64,000 nucleotides of DNA, taken from positions 160,001-224,000 of the forward strand of contig CAVYRF010000001.1 of the NCBI GenBank assembly GCA_963770895.1, written 5' to 3'. The notes under the pieces were generated by a model, which saw nothing but the letters and a program-made list of their open reading frames with translations, was not told the DNA's origin and searched no databases. The position numbers and the translations under genes are program-made. Positions 9,727 to 19,463 of this stretch are shown piece after piece. Position 1 is the first letter of the stretch. Each line of letters starts with the position of its first letter. Source of the stretch: an uncultured Acidobacteriota bacterium (GTDB lineage Bacteria > Acidobacteriota > Thermoanaerobaculia > Multivoradales > UBA5704).

Positions 9727-12402
9727 TCAGGCGACCGGCAGCGGGGCCAGGGCGGCGATGACGTCGCCGGTCGTGGCGCAGCGGTCTTCGGGGCGCTTGG
9801 CCAGGAGCTTGTCGATCACCAGGTCGCTCCACGCCTGCGGCAGGCCGGGGCGCAGCGACAGCAGGCTGGGCGGCGGCTGCTGCAGGTGCTGGATGGCGAT
9901 CGCCGTCGAGTTGGCGCCGTCGAACGGTTCGCGGCCGGCAAGCAGGGCGAAGGCCAGGACGCCCAGCGAGTAGATGTCGGAGCGGCCGTCGATGGCCAGG
10001 CCCTGGATCTGCTCGGGCGACATGTAGAGCGGCGAGCCCAAGGCGAAGCCGGCCTGCGTCAGCCGCTTGTTCTCGAAACCGCTCATGCGGGCGATGCCGA
10101 AGTCCAGGATCTTGAGCCGCGTCGCGGTCAGGATGACGTTTTCGGGCTTGAGGTCGCGGTGCACCACTCCCAGGGCGTGGGCTTCCCCCAGGCCCGACGC
10201 GATTTCCGTCAGGATGGTCTTGATGCGGTCCAGGGGCAGCCGCCGGTCGGGGTCGATCAGGTCGGCCAGGACCTCGCCTTCGAGCAGCTCCATGATGATG
10301 AAGATCCATTCGCCGTGGCGGCCCAGGTCGAACACGCGCACCACGTTGGGGTGGGTGATCTTGCGGCAGATCTGCACTTCGCGCAGCAGCCGCTCGACGT
10401 CCACCGAGCCGTCTTCGTGGTGGCTGAGCAGCATCTTGATCGCCACCGGTTCGCCCAGCTCGATGTCCTGCGCCTTGTAGACCCTGCCCATGCCTCCCTG
10501 GCCCAGCTCGGCCAGGATCTGGAAGCGGCCGGCGAGCATCTGGCCGACGCTCAGGGTGCCGATGGGGCGGCCGGGGCCGCGCGGCCGCGATGGACGGGCG
10601 TCCGCGCCCGCGGCGCCGGCGGCTTCACCGGCGCCGGTGCCGCCGGCCGGGATGGCACCGGTCTGGCCACCGGCGGCATCGGCGGCCGTCACCTGCCGCG
10701 ACCGCGACGCCCCCGGCGGTGCCACCGAACGCACGTCCAGCTCGTCGCTGGCGAACAGGCCGGTCGCATGGGTCGGCGGCGGGTCCACCGCACCGGGCCT
10801 TGTCCCGGCTCCAGGCCTCGCCGCGGTGCCGGCGCCGAGCGCGGCGCCATCGAAGGCGACCGCCATCGTCGGCGCCGCCGCGGTCGGCCGCGCCGTCAGG
10901 CCCGGCATGGGCGGAAACGGCGTGACGCGGGTCGCCGCCGTGTCGGGTTCCTGGCGCCGCCGCACGGTGGCCAGGCGCTCGGCCGCGTCCTGGTATTGGA
11001 TCGACGGGTCCGCCAGCTCCTTGAAGCAGGCCGCCGCGTGATCGAGCTTGCCCAGCTGCTCGTAGGAGCGCCCCAGCAGGTAGAGGCGTTCGCAGGCGAC
11101 CTGGAAGCGCTCGCCGCTGCGCGCGTGCACCAGCGTCGAGGGCCGCGCCTGGGGCAGCTGGCCGAGCCGGCGCAGCGCCTCTTCGGCCTTGCCCTCCGCC
11201 AGCAGCAGCGGCGCCAGCTGCAGCATCGCCGCTTCATGCTCGGCGCTGCCGGCGGCGACCTGCATGAGCGCCTGGGCGGCCTTGCCGCGCTCGCCCGCCG
11301 CCAGCAGCTGCGTCGCGGCGGCGACGCGCTGCTTCGCCTTGAGGTATTGGTCGGCGGCGGCGAGCGGGTCGCCCGCCTTGGCGTAGGCCGCTGCCGCAAG
11401 CGCATGCTTGCCCAAGGCGGCGTAACAGCGGCCGGCGTCGCGTGGGCGTGAGGCGCGCAGGTAGGCTTCGGCGGCGCGCTCGTGCTCCTGCGCCGTTTCC
11501 CAGCGCGACCCGGCCTTGGCCCAGTCGCCGCCGGCCTCGTAGGCCTCCGCCGCTTCGCGCGCCAGCCCCGCCGCGGCAAACACGTTGCCGGCTTCCACCG
11601 CGTGGCCGCTGCGCAGATAGATCTGGGCGGCCAGCCGGCGATCGATGTTGGGGGAGCGTTGCAGCAGCCGCACCGCCGCCTCGGTGTCGCCCATCTGCAG
11701 CGCCGCTTCGATCGCCTCGCGGTACTTGCCGCTGTCGGCGAGCAGGCGCACCCCCTGCGTCGTCGGCCGCACGTCGCGCAGCAGCGCCGCGGCTTCGGCC
11801 TCCTTGCCGAGCTTGCGCAACACTTCGGCGCGGCGCAGGCCGATGCGCGCCAGCTGCTCCTGGTTGGCCGCCGGCGGGCGGCCTGGCTCACCCTGGCCGG
11901 ACAGGCGCCTGGCTTCCAGCTCGAGCACGCGCAGGGCGTCGTCGAGCAGCTCGGCGTTCTCGTACTGCTGGGCGGCTTCCCACAGCGCCCTGCCGCGTTC
12001 GAACAGCCGGCCGGCGCGGGCGGCCTGGCCCAACGCCAGGGCGCTGGCCGCCGCCCGCCGGAAGGCGTGCGCCAGCTCGAAGAGGCCGATCGCTTCGTCG
12101 TGGTGGCCGCGCGCCACCAGGTACTCCGCCGCCGGCACCGCCCGCAGCGGCCCGCCGCCGGCGGTCAGCTCGGGCGGCACGGTGCCGAACACCGCCTTGA
12201 GCGCGCACTCCACCGCCAGGCGCTCGTCGCCCGCTTCGACCGCCAGGCGCGCCGCCTTGCGCAGGTCGCCCGCCAGCGCATACATCTCGGCGGCCTTTTG
12301 CGTCCTGCCTTCGCGTTGATAGATCTCGGCCCGCTGCCGGGGATCACGCTTGAGCTTCGCGGCGAATCCAGGCTTAGGGGGCTTCAGAACCATGCCGACC
12401 AC
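9727..12402 (-). CDS. Ser/Thr protein kinase with N-terminal TPR-like helical repeats and C-terminal kinase domain
   Basis: LGQGGMGRVY, VAIK, HRDLKPEN, DFGIAR, YMSPEQ, SDIYSLG; N-terminal AAEAY/AGD repeats. Confidence 0.92.
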   Translation of the reverse strand: MVGMVLKPPKPGFAAKLKRDPRQRAEIYQREGRTQKAAEMYALAGDLRKAARLAVEAGDERLAVECALKAVFGTVPPELTAGGGPLRAVPAAEYLVARGHHDEAIGLFELAHAFRRAAASALALGQAARAGRLFERGRALWEAAQQYENAELLDDALRVLELEARRLSGQGEPGRPPAANQEQLARIGLRRAEVLRKLGKEAEAAALLRDVRPTTQGVRLLADSGKYREAIEAALQMGDTEAAVRLLQRSPNIDRRLAAQIYLRSGHAVEAGNVFAAAGLAREAAEAYEAGGDWAKAGSRWETAQEHERAAEAYLRASRPRDAGRCYAALGKHALAAAAYAKAGDPLAAADQYLKAKQRVAAATQLLAAGERGKAAQALMQVAAGSAEHEAAMLQLAPLLLAEGKAEEALRRLGQLPQARPSTLVHARSGERFQVACERLYLLGRSYEQLGKLDHAAACFKELADPSIQYQDAAERLATVRRRQEPDTAATRVTPFPPMPGLTARPTAAAPTMAVAFDGAALGAGTAARPGAGTRPGAVDPPPTHATGLFASDELDVRSVAPPGASRSRQVTAADAAGGQTGAIPAGGTGAGEAAGAAGADARPSRPRGPGRPIGTLSVGQMLAGRFQILAELGQGGMGRVYKAQDIELGEPVAIKMLLSHHEDGSVDVERLLREVQICRKITHPNVVRVFDLGRHGEWIFIIMELLEGEVLADLIDPDRRLPLDRIKTILTEIASGLGEAHALGVVHRDLKPENVILTATRLKILDFGIARMSGFENKRLTQAGFALGSPLYMSPEQIQGLAIDGRSDIYSLGVLAFALLAGREPFDGANSTAIAIQHLQQPPPSLLSLRPGLPQAWSDLVIDKLLAKRPEDRCATTGDVIAALAPLPVA

Positions 12403-12641
12403 GTTCTCCGGGGCCGATGTCGCTGCCGAAACGTCGAACTTGCAGTATAGAGCATATGTTCACGTGCAAAAAGCGCTCTGCATCGCAGCCCCGGGGCAAA
12501 AAAGTAGCATAGCACCGAGCCCTCTCCGCCGCGTGCCGCCCAGCCAACACCAGGCGCCGGCCATTCAGACATACATATATACGCGAGCGGCGAGCCGTTG
12601 GCGGACCGGGCGGGGGGGCGGCAACGGCCCGGCGGATGCTA

Positions 12642-13743
12642 TTGATACCTGCGTAACAAATGTCCTATACTCTGGGCAGGAGGATAGCCATGCGTCCTCA
12701 AGGAAGCCCAGAGGAGTTGGAACGGCGGCGCAAGCGGGCTGTAGAGCTTCTCCGTGAGGGGTTGCCGCCGGTTGAAGTGGCCCGGATGGTGGGTGTCGAT
12801 AGAAGGAGCGTTCGGCGGTGGAAGGCGGCGCATCAGCAGAGCGGAGCGATGGGCTTGCGGGCCAAGCCTGTTCCGGGACGCCCGAGTCGACTTCCGCAGG
12901 CGGCCAAGGCTGCGCTGGAAGAGTTGCTGCTCCAGGGCGCCGCGGCCGCAGGGTATCCAACGGACCTGTGGACATGCCCACGGGTCGCAGACGTGATCTT
13001 CTCCCGGTTTGGGGTGCATTATCACGCTGATCATGTCGGCCGGCTGCTGCACAGTCTCGGCTGGAGCCCGCAGAAGCCTCAGCGACGCGCCGTCGAACGC
13101 GATGAGGAGAAGATTCAGACATGGATTAAGCAGGAGTGGCCCCGCATTAAAAAAAAGCTTGGCGCCTGAATGCAACGCTGGTTTTTATCGACGAGAGCGG
13201 TTTCTTGATGGCTCCGTGGGTCCGTCGGAGCTGGTCGCGCCACGGCCAAACGCCGGTACTGGTGCAGCGGACGCGCTCTCATCAAAAGGTCTCGGCCATC
13301 GCCGCTCTCTGCATCTCGCCGAGCCGCGACGAGCTGTCGTTGTTCTTCCGACTGCATCCAGATCGAAATATTTGCATCCCCGAGATCGTGGAGTTTCTCC
13401 GCGGCCTTGCTCGCCACTTACAGGGCCGGGCGGTAGTGATTTGGGATCGCCTCCAAGCTCACCGCAGCAAGCGGGTTGACGAGGTTCTTCGGCAAAGCCA
13501 GGGGTCGCGAGCGTCCTTTCTGCCTCCGTACGCCCCCGACCTCAACCCCGTCGAATGTGTCTGGTCGTATTTGAAGACCGGCGCTATTGCCAACCTCGCG
13601 CCAACTCAACTCGACGTACTCACCGCCGCCGCGCGTCACGGTCACCGCAGCCTTCAGCGGAATCAGCCTCTGCTTCGATCCTTCCTGGCGCACAGTCCGC
13701 TTTTTTTGCGCCTCAACTAGGACATTGGTTATGCATGTATCAA
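12642..13743 (+). mobile_element. IS630-family insertion sequence, apparently intact
   Basis: Terminal inverted repeats 12639-12667 and 13718-13746 (26/29 match including flanks); TA duplication at 12640-41 and 13744-45 in a CTAG site; HTH + DDE ORFs. Confidence 0.93.
12690..13720 (+). CDS. IS630 transposase, orfA (12690-13169) + orfB joined by a -1 frameshift
   Basis: HTH with RRWK and WTCPRV; A8G slippery run 13149-13157 gives ...KKAWRLNATLVFIDESGF; VIWD and LPPYAPDLNPVECVW DDE motifs. Confidence 0.92.
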
Positions 13744-13759
13744 TAGTAGGCCCCGCCGC

Positions 13760-15007
13760 TCACGAAAGGCGCACCGCTGCAGCATGGTCTTTGAGCAGGG
13801 GGACCCGACGCCAGTGCCGAAACAGGGCGTCAGCGTGCTCGCTAGGCATGACATCCCTGCCGGTCGAGAGGCGCCATGCGGTGGTGATTCGGGACAGCGC
13901 CTCACGCACGGTCTCGATCGTTTGTCCGGCGTCTGCCTGTGCATGCGCCGCCAGCCGCGCAAAGGTTTTCTCGCTCACCTGCGCAGGATCGCGACTACCG
14001 AGGAGGGACAGCGCCAGATCGGCGCGCACTTCGGGCCATGCTACGGTGCATACCTGGTCGTAGAGCGGTGAGAGCTCAGCTGTGATGCCGTCGGGGTAGA
14101 CCAGGGACCAATTCTTCAAATGGGCATCATTGTTGCCACTGGCGATGATGAAGACCAGCCGACGGACAAATTCGAGGTATGCTTCCTGGCCGGCGATATT
14201 CTTGATCAAGAGCGCACACTGTTGGTATTTAATGTTGTCGTACTTTGCCTCTGGCGGCGTGTTGACGGCTTGTGCCAAATCTTCCTGGTGAATGCGTTGC
14301 TGGCCCTGCCGGTCATAACGCCTAATCAAGAGAACGTGACCACCGGTAGGCGCGTGCACCTGAAGTTCACGGGACAGCGCCGACCGCGGCAGTATGTGGC
14401 ATTCAGGTACTTCGAAGCCTGCAGCACGTGCCCATTCGAGCATGGCATACTCGTTCTCCACCACCTGTGCAAAGGTCGAAGAGTCTAGCTTGGCAATCCA
14501 TTCTCCTCCGTGCCCATGGACCGGGAGCGTAAGCTTGTCATGCTGCCTCAGCACTGAGAACTTGAGCTGTACTCCAGCGAGAGAGAAGCGAAGCCCCCCA
14601 TCGGCCGACCCTGCGGTAAACCGTGTTACTCCGTTCGAGGCCCCATCATCAGTGCCTTCCTCGATCTCCTCAAGGTTCTCTGACGCAGAGCGGATCTCGA
14701 CCGCACCTGGAAGATCCCGGCCCACCGCGGCAAGCAGGGCTATGTCGTCGCCTTGGGGAAGACTTGCATCGCTCTCGATCAGGGCGCGTAAGGGGCCTTC
14801 GGGTACCAGGTTCGCGAAGAACGCCGGAAGACCTCGCTTTCTACGATAGACCTTGCTGAGGTCGTCCTCAAACGATTGGCTAAGGACGGGGCGCCTGGTT
14901 CGGCGCCGGTACTCGTCTGTCAGCCGGAAAGATACCTTCCCGTCATCATTCTCCAAGAGATAGCCAGCACGAAGACCCTGGAGAAGAACCTCGAGGCTGC
15001 GGCTCAT
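13760..15007 (-). CDS. hipA: HipA-family kinase (Couple_hipA N-terminal + HipA_C)
   Basis: FFANLVPEG, FSLAGVQLK, WIAK, RYDR, HQEDLAQ, GNNDAHLKNWS, LSPLYD. Confidence 0.92.
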   Translation of the reverse strand: MSRSLEVLLQGLRAGYLLENDDGKVSFRLTDEYRRRTRRPVLSQSFEDDLSKVYRRKRGLPAFFANLVPEGPLRALIESDASLPQGDDIALLAAVGRDLPGAVEIRSASENLEEIEEGTDDGASNGVTRFTAGSADGGLRFSLAGVQLKFSVLRQHDKLTLPVHGHGGEWIAKLDSSTFAQVVENEYAMLEWARAAGFEVPECHILPRSALSRELQVHAPTGGHVLLIRRYDRQGQQRIHQEDLAQAVNTPPEAKYDNIKYQQCALLIKNIAGQEAYLEFVRRLVFIIASGNNDAHLKNWSLVYPDGITAELSPLYDQVCTVAWPEVRADLALSLLGSRDPAQVSEKTFARLAAHAQADAGQTIETVREALSRITTAWRLSTGRDVMPSEHADALFRHWRRVPLLKDHAAAVRLS

Positions 15008-16635
15008 ATGTCGTCTGCCTGCGACAGCAGATATTCAATTGAAGGCCGGTCAGTTCGCGACCAGCCCGCAAGGCGCTCGGCCATGCGATCGACCGCTTCT
15101 TCGATTGACCTCTTCCGTTCATATAAGAATGAGCGCGTATCTCGTTCTCGGAGAGCTACCACGCCGGCCGACGAAATAGCGTGGGACGAGAAAACTGGCA
15201 AGATTTCGCCGGCCTGTGCCGCAAATTCCAACAGGTCCCTGGCTGCGCCGCTAGCCCCCGGCAGCAGGATTCGATTTGCCGGGGTACGGGCAAGCGGGTC
15301 CCCGGGCGCGAAGATCCTGCGGAATGCCGCCACACCTCTGGTTTCGATCATAGCGGCGACATCAAGCTGCGTACCATCCAGGAAACGGCGGGGCGCGAGC
15401 GATGCCATTCCCAAGAAAGCCACCCTGCTGTCGGCCGCACGCGCGTCGGTACGCTCAGGAAGATGGTATCGCCTGAGCGGTTGTTTAGGGACCAGCGCGA
15501 GCAGGTTTTGCACGCTGGGCTCCTCTTGATTCTCCTCGATTGCTGTAACTCCGTGCCGGAGGAACCTACGCTCGTCGAAAGCTTCGACTGCCAGCAATAG
15601 GCGCCAAACGAAACGAACGAGGAGATCTCGGGTCCGGGGCCTCGGTTCCGGATGGAGTGCGAAGAAGCGGGTCAGGATCATCAGCGGCAGCGATCGTGGC
15701 AGAAGGAGCAAGTGAGGGATCTCTGCCGCTTGGCGCAAAAAGGAGAGAACGTTACGCAGGGCAGGCAGGGCGTCGCTGACGACTCCTTTGAGCATCGTTG
15801 GATCTTTGCGATACAGTTCGGTCAAGGTACGTGTGACGTCAAGGCCCTTCCAGGCTATCAGGCAGCGGAGGAGCTGTTCTTCCTCCGGCCGTCCCATTCC
15901 CATCTCGCGCAGTTCGTCTGCCAAGCTGGCCAACGTCGAGGGATGCTCGCCGACGTGACCGAAAAGGGCGTCGTGGACATCCTGCCACTGCATGCTCTTA
16001 CCGTATTTATTGATACGGAAGAAAATCTCCCGCAGAAGCTGTTCGTCATCGGTCTCGACAATGTACAAAGGTATGCGATATTGACGGATCAAGCTTCCTG
16101 CCCGAAAAACTGCTGCGCGCAGCGTTACATCGTTTGCGTGGCGCCATTGAAAAACCCATTCGCTGAGCGAGGACGCGTCGAGCAACTGTGCTGCCGGCAC
16201 CCACTCGGATGGTACGTTGCCATTTTTTTGCGGTGAGGCAAATTTTTGGTTTGCGGCGTCGAAATAGACCACCCAAGGATCGTCAGGTGAAGGCGAGATC
16301 GGTTGAGGATGAGCCAGTCCGGCGGCGAGCGCGGTCAGGCGCTGCTGGCCGTCTACCACCCAGAGAGCTGAGTGAGTTTCTGGAGCGTCGATCCGCAACG
16401 GTCCAATGGCAATTCTAGCCGCGTCGGCATGTCCCTTCCTAAGCAGGAAAGAGCCGATCGGATAGCCCTGATAGATGCTGTCGAAAAGAGCGACGATATC
16501 GTCTGCCGCCCACCTCAGCGGTCGTTGGAAGCTGGGAATTCTCACGCCCCCCCGGCGCACCATATCGACCAAGTCCTCGACTGTCTCGGTGTCGGCCTCC
16601 GGGCGTAGATTCAACCTATGGGGCTCGGGGTCCAT
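15004..16635 (-). CDS. DUF262 (ParB-like/GmrSD N-terminal) domain protein
   Basis: IPSFQRPLRW, SIYQGYPIGSFLL, VVDGQQRLTAL, IFFRINKYG; stop overlaps the hipA start (ATGA). Confidence 0.88.
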   Translation of the reverse strand: MDPEPHRLNLRPEADTETVEDLVDMVRRGGVRIPSFQRPLRWAADDIVALFDSIYQGYPIGSFLLRKGHADAARIAIGPLRIDAPETHSALWVVDGQQRLTALAAGLAHPQPISPSPDDPWVVYFDAANQKFASPQKNGNVPSEWVPAAQLLDASSLSEWVFQWRHANDVTLRAAVFRAGSLIRQYRIPLYIVETDDEQLLREIFFRINKYGKSMQWQDVHDALFGHVGEHPSTLASLADELREMGMGRPEEEQLLRCLIAWKGLDVTRTLTELYRKDPTMLKGVVSDALPALRNVLSFLRQAAEIPHLLLLPRSLPLMILTRFFALHPEPRPRTRDLLVRFVWRLLLAVEAFDERRFLRHGVTAIEENQEEPSVQNLLALVPKQPLRRYHLPERTDARAADSRVAFLGMASLAPRRFLDGTQLDVAAMIETRGVAAFRRIFAPGDPLARTPANRILLPGASGAARDLLEFAAQAGEILPVFSSHAISSAGVVALRERDTRSFLYERKRSIEEAVDRMAERLAGWSRTDRPSIEYLLSQADDI

Positions 16636-16843
16636 CCTCGGATTATCTCACTACTGGATCTCCCTTAGCCTGTGGCTATGGATCCGACGCGGTGGGGCCA
16701 CAGAGGGACGTCACATGAGGGAAGCCACGGCTCTTGTCCCACCCCAACGGTGGTATTATGGATGGGTCGGGGGGCCCCACGCTGCTGGATCCTGCGCCTT
16801 GGATTCCGGGCGGCAAGCAGGGGGCCCAAAAGGACGACGCACC

Positions 16844-17776
16844 ATGTACACCTTGCGGACGTTGGCTGCGATGGCGGTGCTCTCTTGGGGGTTGGGGGCC
16901 GTGGTTCCGGCTCCTCTCCGTGCCGACGATGTGTATCTGAAGAACGGCCGATCCTTCACCGGCGTGGTGGCCGAAGTGGGGGAGACGCAGGTGCGCATTG
17001 AGATGCCGGGCGGCAGCCTGAGCTTGCCGCTGTCGGCCGTCGACCGGGTGGAAAAGTCGGGCTCGACGTTTGGCGGCTTCCTGCAGCGCAAGCAGGAGCT
17101 GCTGGCCGCCGAAGCGCACGCGCGTGGCGAGCGGCATGCGACCGACTGGCTGGACCTGGCGCGTTGGGCCAAGCGCAACGGCTTCACCCAGGGGGCGCGC
17201 GAAGCGGCGCTGGTCGCGGCGGAGATCGACCCTCACGTGGACGGGCTGGCGCCGATCCTGGTCCCCATGGGCTACGTGTTCGCCCAGAAGCAGGACCGCT
17301 GGGTCTCGTTCGAGGAATCGATGCGCATGCAGGGCTTCGTCCAGGACGGCAACGGCCAATGGGTGAGCCGTGAGCAGTACGCCGCCGAGCAGGCCGCCAG
17401 CCGGCAGGCGTGGCTGGCGCAGCAGCAGGCCGCCACGGCGGCGGCGGCGCAGGCCGGGGATGAGGTGGCCTACCAGGCGGCGATCGCCCAGCAGGCTGCA
17501 GGCGACTTCTCCAACAGCAACGCCTATCCCGGCGACGCCTGGCCGATTTTGTACGGCGGCGGCATCGCCGTGCCCGGCTACGGCGCGTACGGCTACGGCC
17601 GCTACGCTCGCCGCGGCCAGGCGTTCGGCGCCGCGCGCATCGGCCCGCCGTTCCGCCAGCCGGGGAGCCTGCCGGTCGGCCATCCTCGCGCCGGCCACTT
17701 TGGCGGTGGCGGCGCGCACGGTGGCGGCGGCCACTTTGCCGGCGGCGGCGGCCACGCGGGCGGGGTGCGCCGTTAG
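16844..17776 (+). CDS. Secreted hypothetical protein with Gly/His-rich tail
   Basis: Signal peptide ending LRA-DDVYLKNG; AGGA RBS; host-like codon usage. Confidence 0.7.
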   Translation: MYTLRTLAAMAVLSWGLGAVVPAPLRADDVYLKNGRSFTGVVAEVGETQVRIEMPGGSLSLPLSAVDRVEKSGSTFGGFLQRKQELLAAEAHARGERHATDWLDLARWAKRNGFTQGAREAALVAAEIDPHVDGLAPILVPMGYVFAQKQDRWVSFEESMRMQGFVQDGNGQWVSREQYAAEQAASRQAWLAQQQAATAAAAQAGDEVAYQAAIAQQAAGDFSNSNAYPGDAWPILYGGGIAVPGYGAYGYGRYARRGQAFGAARIGPPFRQPGSLPVGHPRAGHFGGGGAHGGGGHFAGGGGHAGGVRR

Positions 17777-17870
17777 CGGCGCCAGCGGCTCTTCCAGCTC
17801 GCCGACTCGTGGCGCCACAGCTTCCGTTCCAACTCTTCGCCAGACTCGCGGCCGGCGGCATCAGCATCGG

Positions 17871-18689
17871 ATGAGCTGGGCGATCGAGGTCACCGACCTG
17901 CGCAAGTCGTACCCGGGCGGGGTCACGGCCCTGGCCGGGGTGTCGTTTGCGGTGTCTCCCGGCGAAGTGTTTGCCCTGCTGGGCCCGAACGGCGCCGGCA
18001 AGTCCACGACGGTGCGCATCCTGACGACGCTGGCCGCGCCCAGCGCGGGGCGGGCGGCGATCGACGGCATCGACGTCGCGGCGCAACCGCGCGAGGTGCG
18101 CCGGCGCATCGGTTGCGTGGCGCAGGCTTCGGGCGTCGACGGCACGGCGACGGGCCGCCAGAACCTGCAGCTGCAGGGACGGCTCCACCGCCTGCCGGCG
18201 GCGGAGCTGGCGGCGCGTGTCGACGAGCTGCTGCATCGCTTCGACCTGGCCGCGGCCGCCGATCGCCCGGCGGGTGGCTGGTCGGGCGGCATGAAGCGCC
18301 GCCTGGACATCGCGATGGGGCTGGTGCACCGGCCGTCGGTGCTGTTCCTGGACGAGCCGACGGCGGGGCTCGATCCGGCGAGCCGGGCGGTGCTGTGGGA
18401 GGAGGTGCGCAACCTGGCGCGCGGCGGCATGACGCTGCTGCTGACCACCCACTACCTTGAGGAAGCGGACCAGCTGGCCCAGCGCCTGGCGATCCTGGAC
18501 GCGGGGCGGGTGGTGGCGCTGGGCACCCCGGCCGAGCTCAAGGCGCGCCTGGTCGAGTCCGCAGTGGGAGGCGCCGGCGGCGCTGCCGGCACTGCCAGCG
18601 CTGCCGGCAAGGGGGGCCGCCAGCCGACGCTCGACGAGGTGTTCCTGGCGGCCACCGGCCACGCCTTCCAGGCGAACAAGGTCCAGTAA
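17871..18689 (+). CDS. ABC transporter ATP-binding protein (DrrA-like)
   Basis: GPNGAGKS Walker A, SGGMKRRL signature, LFLDEPT, TTHYLEEA. Confidence 0.93.
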   Translation: MSWAIEVTDLRKSYPGGVTALAGVSFAVSPGEVFALLGPNGAGKSTTVRILTTLAAPSAGRAAIDGIDVAAQPREVRRRIGCVAQASGVDGTATGRQNLQLQGRLHRLPAAELAARVDELLHRFDLAAAADRPAGGWSGGMKRRLDIAMGLVHRPSVLFLDEPTAGLDPASRAVLWEEVRNLARGGMTLLLTTHYLEEADQLAQRLAILDAGRVVALGTPAELKARLVESAVGGAGGAAGTASAAGKGGRQPTLDEVFLAATGHAFQANKVQ

Positions 18690-18692
18690 GGC

Positions 18693-19463
18693 ATGTGGGG
18701 CGCGGCGGCCGACCTCTGGTACCTGTTCCTGCGTTTGGCGCGCGCCAACCTGCGCATGCCGGTGTTCATGTTGATCTCGCTGGTGCAGCCGCTGGTGTGG
18801 GTGGTGCTGTTCGGCCAGCTGTTTGCGTCGATGGCGCGGCTGCCTGAGCTGGGCGGCCGATCGTACGTGCAGTTTCTGGCGCCGGGGATCTCGATCATGA
18901 CGGCGCTGTTCGCCGCCGCCTATTCGGGGATGGGGATGCTGGGGGACATCGACCGCGGCGTGCTCGACCGCATGCTGGCGACGCCGGTGGCGCGCGGCGC
19001 CCTGCTGGCGGCGCGCATCCTGATGTCGTCGGTGCAGGTGGTGGTGCAGTGCGCCATCATCCTGGCGGTGGCGGCGGCGATCGGTGCCCGGCCGCACGGC
19101 GGCCCCGGCGGCGTCGCCGCCGTGCTGCTGGCGGCGGCCCTGCTGGGCGCCGCGGTGGCCGCCTGCTCGAACGCCCTGGCGCTGGTCGCGCGCCGCCAGG
19201 AAGTGGTGATCGCGGTGATGAACTTCGTCGTGCTGCCGGCGACGTTCAGCTCCAGCATGCTGATCGCCGGCAACCTGATACCGCCCTGGATTCGCTGGCT
19301 GGCGCGCTTCAATCCGGTCAATTGGGCGGTGGTCGCGGCGCGCGGCGGCTTCGAAGGCGCCTGGCGGGCGGTGCTGCCGTCGCTGGTGGCGCTGGCCGCC
19401 TTCGCCCTGGCCGCCGGCTGGCTTGCCTCGCTGACCTTCCGCCGCTACCGGCGGGCTGCCTGA
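18693..19463 (+). CDS. ABC-2 type permease (DrrB-like)
   Basis: Six hydrophobic segments; YVQFLAPG, RFNPVNW. Confidence 0.9.
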   Translation: MWGAAADLWYLFLRLARANLRMPVFMLISLVQPLVWVVLFGQLFASMARLPELGGRSYVQFLAPGISIMTALFAAAYSGMGMLGDIDRGVLDRMLATPVARGALLAARILMSSVQVVVQCAIILAVAAAIGARPHGGPGGVAAVLLAAALLGAAVAACSNALALVARRQEVVIAVMNFVVLPATFSSSMLIAGNLIPPWIRWLARFNPVNWAVVAARGGFEGAWRAVLPSLVALAAFALAAGWLASLTFRRYRRAA

